Assembly (NCBI RefSeq): GCF_009914755.1
Contig: NC_060935.1
DNA length: 64,000 bases
Source: the human T2T-CHM13v2.0 reference genome, Homo sapiens
Reading direction: 5' to 3' (one strand)
The first letter of the stretch is position 1. Each line of letters begins with the position of its first letter. The notes beneath the pieces are model-generated. The model saw only the letters and a program-made list of their open reading frames with translations, did no database searches and was not told the DNA's origin. Below, one piece after another: positions 24,559 through 38,974 of the stretch. The position numbers and the translations under genes are program-made.

Positions 24559-25172
24559 GTATAAAGGGAAAGGCAGTGGGTTAACAAGCAGTAAAGAAAA
24601 GAGTACTTCTGAAGGTGTTTTCTCTTCTATTTATCAAAGCAGTCATCAGAAACCTGTAGTATTTTATTTTTATAAATAAAAACTACTATGTGTTTACATA
24701 TTATTTCATAGCTGTGAAATTTTTTCTGAAACTAATTACCAAGGTGAATTCCAACACTCTTTCCTTCAAGGCTCTCAGTTAAGTCATATAGTGCAAAGTA
24801 TTCTTTGATACTCTCAAATGGATCTGACCATTCCTTTCTATGGCTAACTCACATTTATTCCTGTATTAGAGAGTATTTCATTTGTTTATTTATTTATAGG
24901 TCTTCCCTTCACTCTAGCCTATAAGCGCCTCCAAACTTAGCATAGTGTCTTAATTAATTTTGCATCTTGAATCTTATATATGCCTGGTATACAGCAGGTA
25001 TCAGTACATGTTTATGAAAGTTAGCTGGGTAAAAAAGTGGTAAGCGTAAATCTTGAGAAATTAACTTGCTGAAGGTCACTCAGCTAGCATGTGATTAAGC
25101 TGGGATTTGAACCTAGATCTGAAACTAATTCAAGTATTCAAGTGCTCTTTCCATTTATCTTACTGACTGTAA

Positions 25173-25462
<290 letters not shown>

Positions 25463-26079
25463 TGATTCTACTATTGAAAATTTGGGTTTCACTGTCTTTA
25501 TCTGTAAAGTAAGTATGTTGCATTATGAAATGCCTTTCAAGACCTCTTTCCCTAATGTTCAATGTATCTAGGATAGTCGTTTCACTAAATAATTGCAGAT
25601 AATATTTAAAAAGTAATTATGGCTATTTTGTGGTTCATCTCAGGGCTAAAAAGGTCACATACAGCCATCTAATAAAAACACCATCTCAGTGTGGGGGTCA
25701 ATCACTTCTCTGGTAGATGGCTGTTAATGAGTTTTGAATGATATGGAAAGTGTCACCCAGCTGTGCACAGACAGAAGCTTGGCAGTAATTGGTTAGGGTG
25801 CTGCTGAATAAATAAATGCATTGGGGTGGGGGTGAAGGCTAGAGCAAATGACTTCTTAGATGTGTGACCACTTGAGAATATTAACATATGTAATACATTG
25901 TATATCGAGATTTCTATCATGCCCACAACGTAAGCCATTTACTTGGATTTTCCATTGCTGACCAGTTCTACTTATAATTTTTGTTAAGCCAGTAGTTTCC
26001 TCCTGGTTAATTCTGCCCATTGATATTTGGTTTACCCTCTAGAGGGAAATGAAATCAATCTCAACCCTCTCCCTTGACT

Positions 26080-26480
26080 ATCTCCACTATAGGTTCTGGA
26101 AAAGCAGAATGTTTTTGATTTCTAGTCTTTCTCGCAGCAATGTGTGGTCATATGTTTGAATTCTGGCCAATGAACTAAAAGCAGAATTCTGTGACATGGA
26201 GGAAAAATCTGGAAAAGCTTCTGTGGTCATGACAAATAAAACAGACATTATTGATGCCTCCCCACAACCCACTCCTAGCACCCTATGCTGAAATAGTACA
26301 TGATGTTCAGAGATGCAGAGCCCATTTTGTGACAATGAAATGGCCAAGAGGTTTACAGAGATGTCAGCCCTGATATAATGGCAGTTTACCTCCAAAGTTC
26401 ATAATATGTGAGAAAAATAATGTTTATTTGTCACTCTTAGGCACATTGCTGCTTGTAGCCTAGATCATCACTATCTGATA
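26080..26480 (+). mobile_element. Old MLT1 (J/K/L-like) MaLR LTR
   Basis: ttctggccaatga...cattttgtgacaatga...atgtgagaaaaataa motifs typical of old MLT1. Confidence 0.6.
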
Positions 26481-26489
26481 CAGATTGCA

Positions 26490-26712
26490 TAAGGGTTTAT
26501 GAGTCTTTACAGCCAAAAATATCTGGGTTTAAATCCCCATTCTGACAATTTGTGATCTTTGGTGAGTAATTATATCTCTAAGATGAGGTATGTTAATCTA
26601 AAATTTGGAACAACAATAACATTCACAAGCTTGTTATGAGGATTAAAACAGATAACACAGGTGAGAGTACTATGGAAAGCATGTGACACATAGTAAATGC
26701 TCAACAAATATC
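26490..26712 (+). mobile_element. MIR SINE
   Basis: ctgggtttaaatcccc...ttgttatgaggattaaa...cacatagtaaatgctcaacaaat. Confidence 0.8.
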
Positions 26713-26754
26713 ATATAGTGTCACTCTTATTATTACTTATCATTCTTATCATTA

Positions 26755-26990
26755 CTTATAATATTTGAGCCATGTGCCAAGCCCTGTACCTAAGGTAAAT
26801 AATTTATTTAGCATAGATAAATTATTTTCTTTTCTAGTACTATTTAACAAACTTATTAAGTAGAAATAATTACATTCATTTACTAAAGAAGAAAAATAAA
26901 GCTCAAGGACGTTAAGTAATTTGCCAAAGGTCAGGCAGTTAGGAAATGATAGAATTCAAATTTTATTCTAGATCTCACTCTAAATTCTAC
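26755..26990 (-). mobile_element. MIR SINE
   Basis: gttaagtaatttgccaaaggtcaggcagttagg. Confidence 0.7.
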
Positions 26991-27214
26991 ATATTTGCTT
27001 TCAAGTCTATGTTTTTCTTCTATCCAAGAAGAAAGATATTCCATGGGATGTTTATAGGTATGCTAGGAAGAGTAATATTCAGGGATCTCTGGAATAAATA
27101 ACTTAGGTTTGTTAGCTGCAGAATTTCTCAAACCCTTAATATGCTAATGCATGTAGGTAAGCTATGACAGGGGATTCTAATAATGAATGTTTTCCATTTT
27201 TATGGCACACATGG

Positions 27215-27665
27215 TGTATGGGTTGAATTAAGTACCCCAAAATGATATATTGAAGTCCTACCTCCTAGTACCTGTTGTGACTGTGACCTTACTTGGAAAT
27301 AGAGTCTTTGTAAATGTAGTCAATTTTAAGAGGTCATTAGAGTGAGCCCTAATCCAAAATAACTGCTGTCCTTAAAAGAAGGGAAAATTTGTACACACAC
27401 AGGGATATCACCATATGAAGACAAAGAAACAGAGATTAAGATGATGTGTCTACAAGCCAAGGAATGCCAAGGATTGCAAGCAAACCACCAAAAGTTAGGA
27501 GAGAAGCATGGAACAGAGCTTCCTCATAGTCCTCAGAAGAAACCAACCTTGCCAACCCACCTTAATGTTGAACTTCTAGCCTCTAAAACTGTGAGACAAA
27601 ACATTACCATTGCTTAAGCCACCAATTTGGGGTACTTTGTTTTAGAAGCCTAACAAAGTAATACA
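27215..27665 (+). mobile_element. MLT1B/C MaLR solo LTR
   Basis: tgtatgggttgaat...aagccaaggaatgccaaggattg...taataca; perfect 5-bp TSD catgg at 27210-27214 and 27666-27670. Confidence 0.92.
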
Positions 27666-28364
27666 CATGGAAAAACACTTTTTGGAAAAGTTTTTCAATT
27701 AGATTACCTCCCGGTTTTAACTTTTTGACAACCTCAAGTTGTTTTAGCCATTCCTCGTGTGGCAGGCTAAGTGCATGATCTCAATATTGACCCAAATTAT
27801 TATAAATATGATTTTCATCTTATTAGTAAAGCCAGAAGTAGGGGTGCTGGGGACAGAATATTGATGGGTCAGAAAATATTTCCCAAAGGCATGGTGTCTA
27901 AAGCAGGATGTACTATGGCCACCCCCTGCCCCCACCTTCTTTTTTGAGTTTTGACTTGAACTTTAGTAACCAGATGAAGTTCTGCAACTTTGTAAGGTCT
28001 GGGGTTTGAAAATGGCATCCTTTCTTTTATATTTTATTTCAACCCTTTGGAAAAAGGGTCTGAATAATCAGATTTTATTAGTAAAATATCACTGCTTAAA
28101 AGCCGTCATGAGAAATATGCAAAGCTATGATATATCTACATTGTGAATGACACACCCTTGGATGTGAAACTTCTATGCTTTGCACGGTCATGTACAGTAG
28201 GTCTAACATGACCCATGTGCCATAGTGACTATAAATACAGGCATCCTTCACAGGTAGTTGACATACTTTTATCTTCATAAATTCTGAACAGTCTTAACTA
28301 ACAAAAGGCCCTACTAATTGTTGTAGAAGAAGAAATACTTATCAACAAATATACACCAATGTGG

Positions 28365-28444
28365 TCACTTTTGGCAGAGAGGATTGTTTGAGACCAGGAG
28401 TTTAAGACCAGCCTGGGCAACACAGTGAGACTCTGCCTCTAAAA
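28365..28444 (+). mobile_element. FLAM/Alu monomer fragment followed by (TA)n
   Basis: ggattgtttgagaccaggagtttaagaccagcctgggcaacacagtgagac. Confidence 0.8.
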
Positions 28445-28501
28445 TATATATATATATCGCTAAGATGAATCTTTATTCTGGCTTTAAAAAAATCCAGGCT
28501 A

Positions 28502-29011
<510 letters not shown>

Positions 29012-30819
29012 TTCTACAGCATAGAGCTTTGAGGCCTTACTCATCCACATCTATGTAAGAGAATATACCTAGGAGGACATATTGAGAACCTACACCTGAC
29101 CACAGATGTTCCTTCAGCTAACCACCATGAAGACACGGAGTGGTCTTCCATTCATGCCATTGTCAATACTGGGTTATTGAACCCTCCTAAGAAACTGGAG
29201 AGAATGGAATGAGTTGATACATTTAGCATATAGTTATACAGTTAGCATATAGTAATCATTCAATAAATGTTTCCTAATGTTGTTATCCCTCATTGGGGTG
29301 ATTCCTAATGAATATGGCTCTACTTATAACCTGCCATGTTTTGCACTGCAGGTATAATCTATTATTCCTTTTCACTTTTCATACTTATTAAAATTTGGCT
29401 GAACAAATGGTATTAATGGAATATTTGCTAAATAATTTGTTCTTCATCTAGGCTTCTAGATACTCTAAAATCTGTCTTTGAATTAATCTAGGCCATCAGA
29501 AAGCAATCTATCAGACCAAATCAATGTTTTCCTATTCCTATCCCTCCCCTTTTCAATGTAAAAAAATGCTTTTTAGAGAGTCATGGTTTGGCATCAGCCT
29601 ATCTACCTGTATTACAGGATTTTATTTTTTGGAGAGCACTGTACAGTCTATTATACAGAACTTTAGATGTGAGGACAAACAGGAAATATTTTTCTGTACT
29701 TTAAATTCCAGGAAAAATATGTTTCTCCAGATGAAAAAAAAAGTTTATTTCAAATCTTACAGGAATTGTAAATAATAACACTTATCATGGTTTCTTTTTT
29801 CATTTGATTCCAAAATTAACCCAGAATTAAAGTTTTAATTGACTTTTAGTAAATACAGGGGATCTCTGTGGCATATATTATATAAAAGGTGCTCCCCTGA
29901 CTTCATCTGTTTTTCAGCCCAGGTCCTCTCATATTTCTGACTATTTCCCCTAATTTTATTCTTATTTTTCTTCATGCATTATATTCATATTTATAAAACA
30001 AATTAAAATCCTCCTCAAATAAGAGGCAAATATGCATACATACTCACGTAAACTTTATATAAATAAATAATGCTCGGAACCTAACTACCTTGGCAAGTTA
30101 ATTAATCTCTCTGAACTTTATGTCTTTTACCTTAAAAAATATTAATGGTACATTCTTCATGGGTCTGTGACATATATAACAGCATTTGATTTATTGATAT
30201 ACAGTATTTTAACTGAGCGCCTGGAACATAGTGGATACTCCATAAGTCTGGTCCCTTTATTGTCCTTTTAGAGAACTTGTAATTTTGACAAATTTGTAGT
30301 CAGCAGAAATATTAATTTGCCAGTAATCTTAGGAAAGTGGTGATTCCAATTCTTGGCATGAGGTGAAGACTTAAAAGGACCTTGCTTCAGCAGATTTAGG
30401 TTGAAACACTAATTAGAACAGACTGTAACAATGGAGGAGAAGTAGAATGGACGCACTATGCTCCATATATAAATCCATATAGTAATTAAAATATAGTCAT
30501 AGCTCTCAAGAATGACAGCTCTTGGCCAAGAAGATTCCTGGGCTGAAATATTAGGATTGCTAGATTCAGATGGGATCTTAAACAAATTTCTTGAGGTAAA
30601 TAGTATCCATCTTTGTGCCTAAACCACATGATATTTTCTCATAGTCCTTGCCTTTGGAAAGGTTTATTGATTCATAGAACCTTTTTAAACAAATGAGGCA
30701 ATGCAGTCTAAGGAAAAAGGAAGATGGGTTCCCACCAACCAAAAGAAGACCTTCTCCCGCTCTTGCTCCACAGCATGGCATGAAGTAGATGTGTTTTTCT
30801 CCTACTAGCTGAAAAAGTG

Positions 30820-31000
30820 CCAAACTAGAAGTCCTAAAACCTTGATTTCCATTATAGCTCTACCACATTCTGGCTCATGAACCTTGGGAAAGACAAGGAG
30901 TTTCCTTATAAATAGGGGTAATAATACACACACCACAAGGTTGCTGTGGAGATTAAATGAGGTATTATGTATGAAGCCCTTGACACACTATTAAGTGACT
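30820..31000 (+). mobile_element. MIR SINE
   Basis: aaggttgctgtggagattaaatgaggtattatgtatgaagccc. Confidence 0.7.
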
Positions 31001-31069
31001 CTATGTGTGAAGAGGGGAACGATAGAAAGAATAAAATGCATAGTGAAACCAAGTGAAATGATGAAGTTG

Positions 31070-31260
31070 TTTTTGTAATTTTGTAATATATCAACTTGGC
31101 TAGGCTGAACTACATTTCCCAGAATTTTGTTTCCTGTATGTTTCCAGCTAGGGTGAGCCACAAAAAAAGATTCCTGCGGGAGATTTGTGGGTGTAAGTGA
31201 AGGAGCTGCCATTTTGTAATATACACATTGTTGCTTATCTGCTGGCTCAATTCATTGGCG
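31070..31260. mobile_element. ERVL-type LTR fragment
   Basis: tcaacttggctaggctgaactacatttcccagaat motif seen in ERVL LTRs. Confidence 0.55.
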
Positions 31261-31529
31261 CAAGTAGTGGTTAGGCCAAGGCACTAAGATATTTTTAATG
31301 TCTTAAAATAACTTTGTGGTAATATTCCCCGAAATTCTGGGAAGGGGTAATATGCCACCTGGCAACTGTTTATTAAAACAGACAATGTGGAACTTTATGA
31401 AAGAGAAAAGCAGGACTTGTAAAAATGAATGGCAGACAGTGGGTGCTCACAAATTATCTTTATTTTTGTCTTAAGTTTCTAAATCTCAGGGACAGCTAAA
31501 GAGAACACATAGAAGAGTTTTACTTCTTT

Positions 31530-32705
31530 CTTCTGTTCTCTGGATCCTACTCTCTTCCTTACAACACATATTACTCTTCTGTCTTCAGAATTTTCAAGTT
31601 CTCCCATTACACTAGATATTTTTCCATGGGCACTTAAATGTGTTCAAATATCTGTTCCACTTTCAATATATTTTCTCTCCAGATATCATTGTGTCTCCCT
31701 CCTATTTGCAAACAAACCTCTCAAAAAGAGTTTTCTCTACTCTCTCCATTTTATCACCTCTCACTTGCTTCTCAACTTACTGCCAACTGTTTTTTACCGC
31801 TTGCCTTAAGGCTACCAAAGATATCTACAATACCTAAATCCAATAGACAGTTTTAGGATTTGGTTAGCAAGACAATTTGAAAGACTTAGAGACGCATCAT
31901 ACTTCAAATACCCCAAACTGAACTCGCCTTCTTCCACCTAAACTTGGACTCTTCCTGCAGTGTTCCCTCCCTTGGTGAATGACACTGCCATTCACTCAGC
32001 TGCACAAACTATACATCTGAAAGTCATTCTTGACATTCCTCTCCCTCATCTCCACACATGCATCAGTCACCAAGTCCTGTTGTGTCTATCTCCAAAATAT
32101 TTTTTTAATTCACCCACACCTCCACGTCTCTAATGAGATTACCTTAAATCAAGTTACAGTTATGGCTTTTTAACTATTGTCTCCTTTTATTCAACAGCCA
32201 TAGTATTCTAAAATATAAATCTGCTCAATAACTTTGAAATGGTGATCACTGCTATTTAAATATCATTTCAGATTCTTAATGTTATCCTCAAGGTCATGTT
32301 TGGTATGTTTTTGTCATCATTTTTATCTTGTCTTCTTGGCTCTGTGTTCTTCTGTCACCCTGACTGTGTTCTGTCTTCTCTCAGAATGCAAAGCCTGATT
32401 CCTCTGTTTGTAACAGCATTTTCCCACAACTTCATCATTTATTTTACCTAACCAACTTCTACTAATCATTAACATTCTCACTCAGGTTTAATTTATGTTA
32501 GATCTTCCTCAACCTCCCTGATTGGTCAGATAGCTGATATAAGATCCCCCCACTCTCATTCCTCTCCTCCATAGCACTTATCAAAATCATAACCAAATAA
32601 TTAAATGCTCAAATAACCTCTAGGAGGACAGAGGGTGTGCCTGGTTTGTTTCTTACTTCATTAGCACCTAACACAATGTAAGTTCTCAAAAAATCTGAAT
32701 TAATG
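31530..32705 (+). mobile_element. L2 LINE 3' region, degenerate
   Basis: cttcctgcagtgttccctcccttggtgaatgacactgccattcactcag...catcagtcaccaagtcctgt...tagcacctaacacaatg. Confidence 0.8.
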
Positions 32706-33395
32706 AAGGTGTTGATTTAATCATTATTCCAATTCCACAATACAGTATTTTTAAGTAAATATTTCCTTCTTTGGCATCTGAGTAAAATATCATAACATCA
32801 AAAATAATCCAATGTATAAAAATGTACCAAAGTGGAAGATTTCAGTAGTCAACTCTGGGTTAAACTACTCAATGCATTATAAGTATTGAGTAGACATTTG
32901 TTAATTGTGTGAATTATAAAGGTGTATTAGACTGCTTACATATAATGTTTTAGCAATAAATTTGCATTAGTAAATTTAAACTAAAAAATTCTACTTGCCT
33001 GCATATCGTCTCCTTTTCTCCTACTATGTTCAGCTTTAATTTCCTAATTTTGAGAAGGAAATTGCACCTTTTTTTCTCAAAACATTTTCCTCCTGGCAGA
33101 ATAACTTTGTTGTCAGGGATGAGAAAAATGCTATTTGCTAAAAATATGAATATTTCTTATTAAAGTAGATAAACTATAGAAAATTGCTCTCACTGACTCC
33201 TTAGAAGTGTTGCCTTTAGAAGTACAGAATCAGAGAATTAAACTCGAGACCTTAGAACCATCTGTCAAACCCTAGATCTACCACTTTACATCACACCAGC
33301 CACCTCTGCAACCCAGAGTCAGCTCCCTAAAGAGTTGTGAAGCTGGTTATTGTACAGTTAGGCTCACTACATCAATTTGAGTCAAATGCGGTTTG

Positions 33396-33531
33396 ACTAG
33401 GTTGTCAATACTTCATGTGAAAAGTTCATACCATTTCCAAAGAGAAGTATTAAGGGAGTATTGAAGACCTGAAAGTAGAGACAAAAACAGAAAGATGGAG
33501 AAGTTTCCCAACATCAGAGGGTATGGGACAT
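33396..33531 (+). repeat. ~135-bp direct repeat, copy 1
   Basis: About 88% identical by hand alignment to 34568-34699. Confidence 0.9.
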
Positions 33532-33892
33532 TTAAAAAAGGACATTACCTTCTTTGCCTCCTTTTAATAACCAATTTTTGAACATTTACTATATAGCAAG
33601 CATGACTTCTCTCCTGAACAAGGTAATGTCTTATGGGAATGAGTGGTAAATGCATAAGCCCTACTTTAGTTCACAGTGTATAGTTCTCCTACCCCAGAAA
33701 ATAGGATCATATAAGATGATACAAGCATGAGTAGGATGTTCTGGCAACAGAGAACCTGTGAATGCTTCTTAGAGGTGTTGCTACTTGTGCTAGGATTTGA
33801 AGGACAAGTAGATGAGCCAAGTGATGAAGAGATGACAGGATCACAGGAAGGGAGGAAAGAGATTATATGAAGGCAAAACGGACATCCGCTAT

Positions 33893-34240
33893 TGCTGTAG
33901 ATGTAATATTTGTATCCCTGCAAAATTTATATGTTGAAATCCTAACCACCAAGATGATGATATTAGGAAGTGGGACCTTTGGGAGGTGACTGGATCATGA
34001 GGGTAGAGCTCTCATGAATGGAATTAGTGCCATTATAAAAGAGTCCCCAGAGAAGTGCCTTTCCCCTTCTGCCAAGTGAAGACACAGCAAGAAGGTGCTC
34101 AAGGCAGACCTTCACCTGACGCCAAATCAGCTGGTAGCTTGATCTTGGATTCCCCAGCCTCCAGAACTGTGAGAGATAAACTTTTGTTGTTATAAGCTTC
34201 TTAGTTTATGATATTTTATTATGGCAGCCCAAAACTAAGA
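33893..34240 (+). mobile_element. MLT1A-type MaLR solo LTR
   Basis: atatgttgaaatcctaacc...gcctccagaactgtgagagataaa...ggcagcccaaaactaaga. Confidence 0.9.
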
Positions 34241-34567
34241 ACTATGGTTATAGCTTTAGAGAGTCATTAGTACAATTAGAGCATGAGAAGAGGTAAGATG
34301 AAGAATCAGAAATTTTAAAAAAAGATCACAAAGGACCTTCCTCTCAAAGCCACTAAAGATTTGAAGTAAATGAGACATTGTATAAAAATCGTGCCAAAAG
34401 ATAGATTAGAAGGGTTAGTGTATCCTGAAGGGACAGAACATGACTTGCACCTGATTTTCCCAGCATCTTGCATAGTGTCCAAATGTGTCACTGTTCAATA
34501 AATATTTACTGAATGTTATACCTGAGTTACATCAAACAGAATCCTGTTGAATTATCACTAAGTGAAA

Positions 34568-34699
34568 ACTAGATTGTCAATACTTCATGTGAAAATTTCA
34601 CATTATTTCCAAATAGAAGGATTAAGGGAGCACTGAGAACCTGAAAGTAGAAGCAAAAGCAGAAAGAGAAGTTTCACAACATCAAAGGGTATGGGACAT
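34568..34699 (+). repeat. ~135-bp direct repeat, copy 2
   Basis: Matches 33396-33531. Confidence 0.9.
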
Positions 34700-34884
34700 G
34701 AAAAGAAAAGGGTTAAAGCACCTAAGATAAATGCTTCAGACTCAGTTTTTGTTTGTTTTTGGTTTTGGTGGGGAAAGCAGTCCACTTTATCCATTTCTAT
34801 AGCAGGAAATTGTAATTACCACAAATGTACATAATAAAGACCAGCTTTTTCTAGGCACTGAACAACATGCTTTGATGCACTACT

Positions 34885-35845
34885 ATTCATTCACAAACAT
34901 TTACTGAGTATCCACCATATGTGAGGCATTGTTCTAAGCCCTGTGGATACAATCTGAATCACGAAGCTTATATGCTAGCAAGAAAACTGAGAACAAACAA
35001 AGAACCTGTATAAGACAATCCCAAGCTAAGAGGCAGCAAAACATAGTTGTTAAGAGCATGGCATTTGGAAACAAGACTATCTGGCCTTAAATGCTTACAT
35101 GATGACTTGCTAGCTGTGTGACTTTGGGTAAGTTACATAATGGCTGTGTGCCTTATTCTCTTACCTGTAAAATGAGATCAATAGTAATTATCTATCTGAT
35201 TTATAATCATGATTAAATGAGTTAAAATATATAAAGAGCTTAGAGAAGAGTCTGGAAAGTAGTAAATATTATTAATAAATAGTATTATTGATGTTTTCTT
35301 ATTCTAATTATTATTATCAATAACTTCTACAAAGAACGCTCAAAGGAGGATCAAGGGAAAGAGGATCAGATAATGCCAGGGTAGAGAATGAACATAGAAA
35401 GAGGAAATTTAGACAGAGGGACCTGGAAAAGTATTTTTAAAAAGATGACATTTCAGCAAGTGACATAAATGAAGTGCAAGAATGAGTCATGTGAATATTT
35501 GGAGGGGACTATTCCAGAGAGAGAAGAGAAATTGCCAGAAAGTTCAAGGGCTATTGGGTAGAAATCAGCTTGGTTTGATGTGCTCAAGAATGAGTAAGAG
35601 AGTTGCACGATGAGAAATGAGTGAGCAAAGAATGTAGGTGGAGTAAGAGGCGAGGTAGGAGAGGTGAGCAAAAAGTAATTGATTTGGAGCCTCATGAGGA
35701 ATCAGATTTTACCTGAGACTGAGAGAAAGCCACCAAAGGGCTATGAGCCGAGACAGCACAGTCTGGATGTCTTCTTAAAAAGATAGCTCTGGCTGCCTGT
35801 AGACAGCAAACTACAGAGGGATAGAAGACATAGGAGGCAATTCCT
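34885..35845 (-). mobile_element. L2 fragments interrupted by a MIR
   Basis: attcattcacaaacatttactgagt tail; ttggaggggactattccagaga...ttaaaagatagctctggctgc. Confidence 0.75.
35030..35285 (+). mobile_element. MIR SINE
   Basis: gttaagagcatgg...tagctgtgtgactttgggtaagttac...gattaaatgagtta. Confidence 0.85.
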
Positions 35846-38385
35846 GTTGTCTCATTTAATCCACACATCAACATGTGAGATATACATTACTGTTCCTATT
35901 TTACAGAAAACACCATGAGCCTTGGAAACATAATGTATCAAAAGGCACACAGATGTTTTGACTCCAAGTCCATGTATGTCTTCCTCTCCTCAGGAAAGCC
36001 TTCAGGAACCTCGCTGACCAGGTCATACCATCCTATTACATGTTTTCACCGCAGCATTTTCCTCTCCTTCATAGAACCTATCACAGTTTAATTTTACATG
36101 GTTGGGTGATTATGTATTTTATGTTTAAGAGCAATGGCAGTGCTTGTGTCCCCAAGGCACATAAAGCAGGTGCTCAGGATTACTTGTTGAATGAACAAAT
36201 AAATTGTACTGCTAAAAGTAGAGGGGGCAGAATGAGAGGTCTGTGAACAAATATGGTAATAACATGAGTAAATTAAAAACTGAATTTCACACAGTAACAA
36301 CAAAGACCCACTATTCTTGACTACCTGTTGTTTCTTTTCTAAATATAAGTATTATTTTTCAAATTATTACTAGTGAAAGTAAGAAAAATATTTATTTTCC
36401 AAGGCAAATAAAAACAAATTATTTTTAAATCTTTTTTTAATGAAGGCATTAAATGAAACATGTAGTAGGTAAGAGTCTCAAATTTCTTAATGTACAGGAG
36501 GGTTATTGTAATAATTTTCTAGAAGTTGGCCACATCTAGAATTAAAACATTGGTATATATACCTACCTGGAAACAGACAAAAATGAAATAAAAGATTTCT
36601 ACATATACTTTTATAGTACTATTATAATACTACAATGACAATTACCCATATTTTAATTGTGCTTTCCAATCTACAAAAATCTGCTCCGTATAGTATCTCA
36701 TTGCTCATTCAGAAGGTACTCAACATGTCAGCCATTATTTAAACACATACATGTGTGCAGGCACACACACATACTCATGCACACTTTCTAAATCATTTCT
36801 GCAGCTATGTCCTTTGCAGTGGCCTTGATAAAAGCTGACTGTGGCATTTTATTAAATGCAGCCCTCATTAAGACTTGGCATTGTTTGAAGCCACTATCAG
36901 ATGATGCTGAGCTCAGTAAGGGCACCTGTTCTTATAACTTCTGTCTTCATCAAACAGCAAGTCCCAGTATTTTTTTTTTTTTTTTTTTTTAGAGCTGAGA
37001 CTAAAAGCAAACCTACTTTCATTGGTATATGAAACCGATTTCCATGCCTTCATTTTCTTTTTTTGTGCCAGGTAATAAGTAGATAAAAATGATTCTCTGT
37101 TTTCAACTCTAACACCTCTGAAATTAAGCCCTGGGGAAGCTAGTGATAACTCTGAGGTGGTAACTTCTCTCTAGGTTATTTGGAAAAATAACTCTATTAA
37201 CCACCCAGGAACAAAGACTTGGCTATTATCACACATACATATTAAATGGCTGCTGGGACACAGTGAAGAGGTGAGACATAGTGTCAGGAAATGTTCTGTT
37301 CCAGCTCCCACAAATAGGACATACTCAGTTTTATAACTGAATGACTTATGTGTAATACCATTAGAACAAAAAGGTAATAATCATTTTGCTGTATAATAAC
37401 TAATTAAATCCAACAGCAACCTATCAGATGTTATTATCCTCCAAATCCCATTTCTACATACATAAAGAAATTGAGGGACATATGAATTAAGCAACTTATC
37501 CAAGGCCATGCAACTAGAAAATAAAAAAGCTGAGATTTCAACCCAGATCATTTCTCTTACATTGTTCTTTACTTGTCAGTTTTATGGGGGAGAGATACAG
37601 CATGTCAGGTTGTGTGGAGACATGAGCATATGAGTATATATAACAACAGGCAGAAGAATTAGAACTTAAACCCAGGTGTATCTGACCCCAGAATTTGACC
37701 TCCATGGCCAAGAAAATGATTCCATTTTCAATACAATAATATGCTTCCCTAGACTGAATAAGCCTTTAAACATATTCTTTTTCTGGAGTATTACAAATTT
37801 TCTCCAAGTTGGATTGAGGAACAAATATATTCCAAAGAAATGGTAAAACTGAGAAATGAATCAATATGCTGTTGTTCTAATCTGTAACTCCCTGGTTGTG
37901 CTGTATTTCTTAACAAATCTCATTGAAGCAGATTTACCTTTAATCTTAACACCCCATCTCTGCTAGACGAATTAACTCTTTTGGTTCACTGCAGAATTAC
38001 TGAGGAATTGGTTGGCTTAAAATTCATTAATGTTGCCCTGAAAATATAAAAGAGTTAATACATTTCCCGAAATATTTGCTGTTATTAGCAAAGGTTACGT
38101 GGCCTGAAAATTATTGTCTAGGGTGTCTGGAATTTAGTTTTTCCAAGTGAAAAAAAGTTCAACGACTTTCAGAGAGTTTATGAAACTAAGGAGAAACAAT
38201 TCTCATATTTTAGGAAATCCCCAAGCTTCCTTACAAATGATTCTTCCTAAAGAGATGTCAAAAACAGTGCTTATTACACTTTGGGCTTCTACTCTAATTT
38301 ATTTAGCCCTTCCTATCAATGAGTGAGGGATAAAATGTCATCCTTTCTTCTTAAGCATATTAGAGCTTCCTATGGCTCCCTACAC

Positions 38386-38441
38386 TAAGATAATAGATCA
38401 TCCTACTATTAATCTATTAAGATAACAGATTATCCTATTAT
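38386..38441 (+). repeat. Short imperfect tandem duplication (period 32)
   Basis: taagataatagatcatcctactat and taagataacagattatcctattat. Confidence 0.75.
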
Positions 38442-38974
38442 GCTTTCTCCACAGTAATACACTTGGTTCTAAATCTTGGCAATTCAGTTCATCGAACTCT
38501 GATAATTTACATTTTACAGTAAATTTCCTGATATATTTGATGAGTTAATTCTTAAGACTAGAGAAAAAAATAGCTTCTAAAACTCTTACACAAAGAAAAT
38601 GCAATTGGTAGCTTAGTAATGCAATCTATTCTAGTTTCTAAATGTGTAATTTTACCCCATCACCCCAAAACTATTAATGGGATGCAATCAATCGTGCAGG
38701 TGAACAGGTATCTTTTCAATGAAAGGAAATGAAATAAATATGCCTCTGAAGGGACAAATACTAGGAAAATATGAGAAGATGAGAGAGAAAATGCCTTATA
38801 GCCACATTATCTCAATTTTTTTTAAAGAAATCCAATTCTAAAAAAAATGTGATTATAGGGGTAGAAGGCTTGAAAAGTAAAGGTTTGAAGAAGACAATCA
38901 AGGGAATAGAAAAGAAAACTGGTTAAATTCAAATAAATTATTAAATCAGATTTGAGGGCCAAATTCCTACTTAT

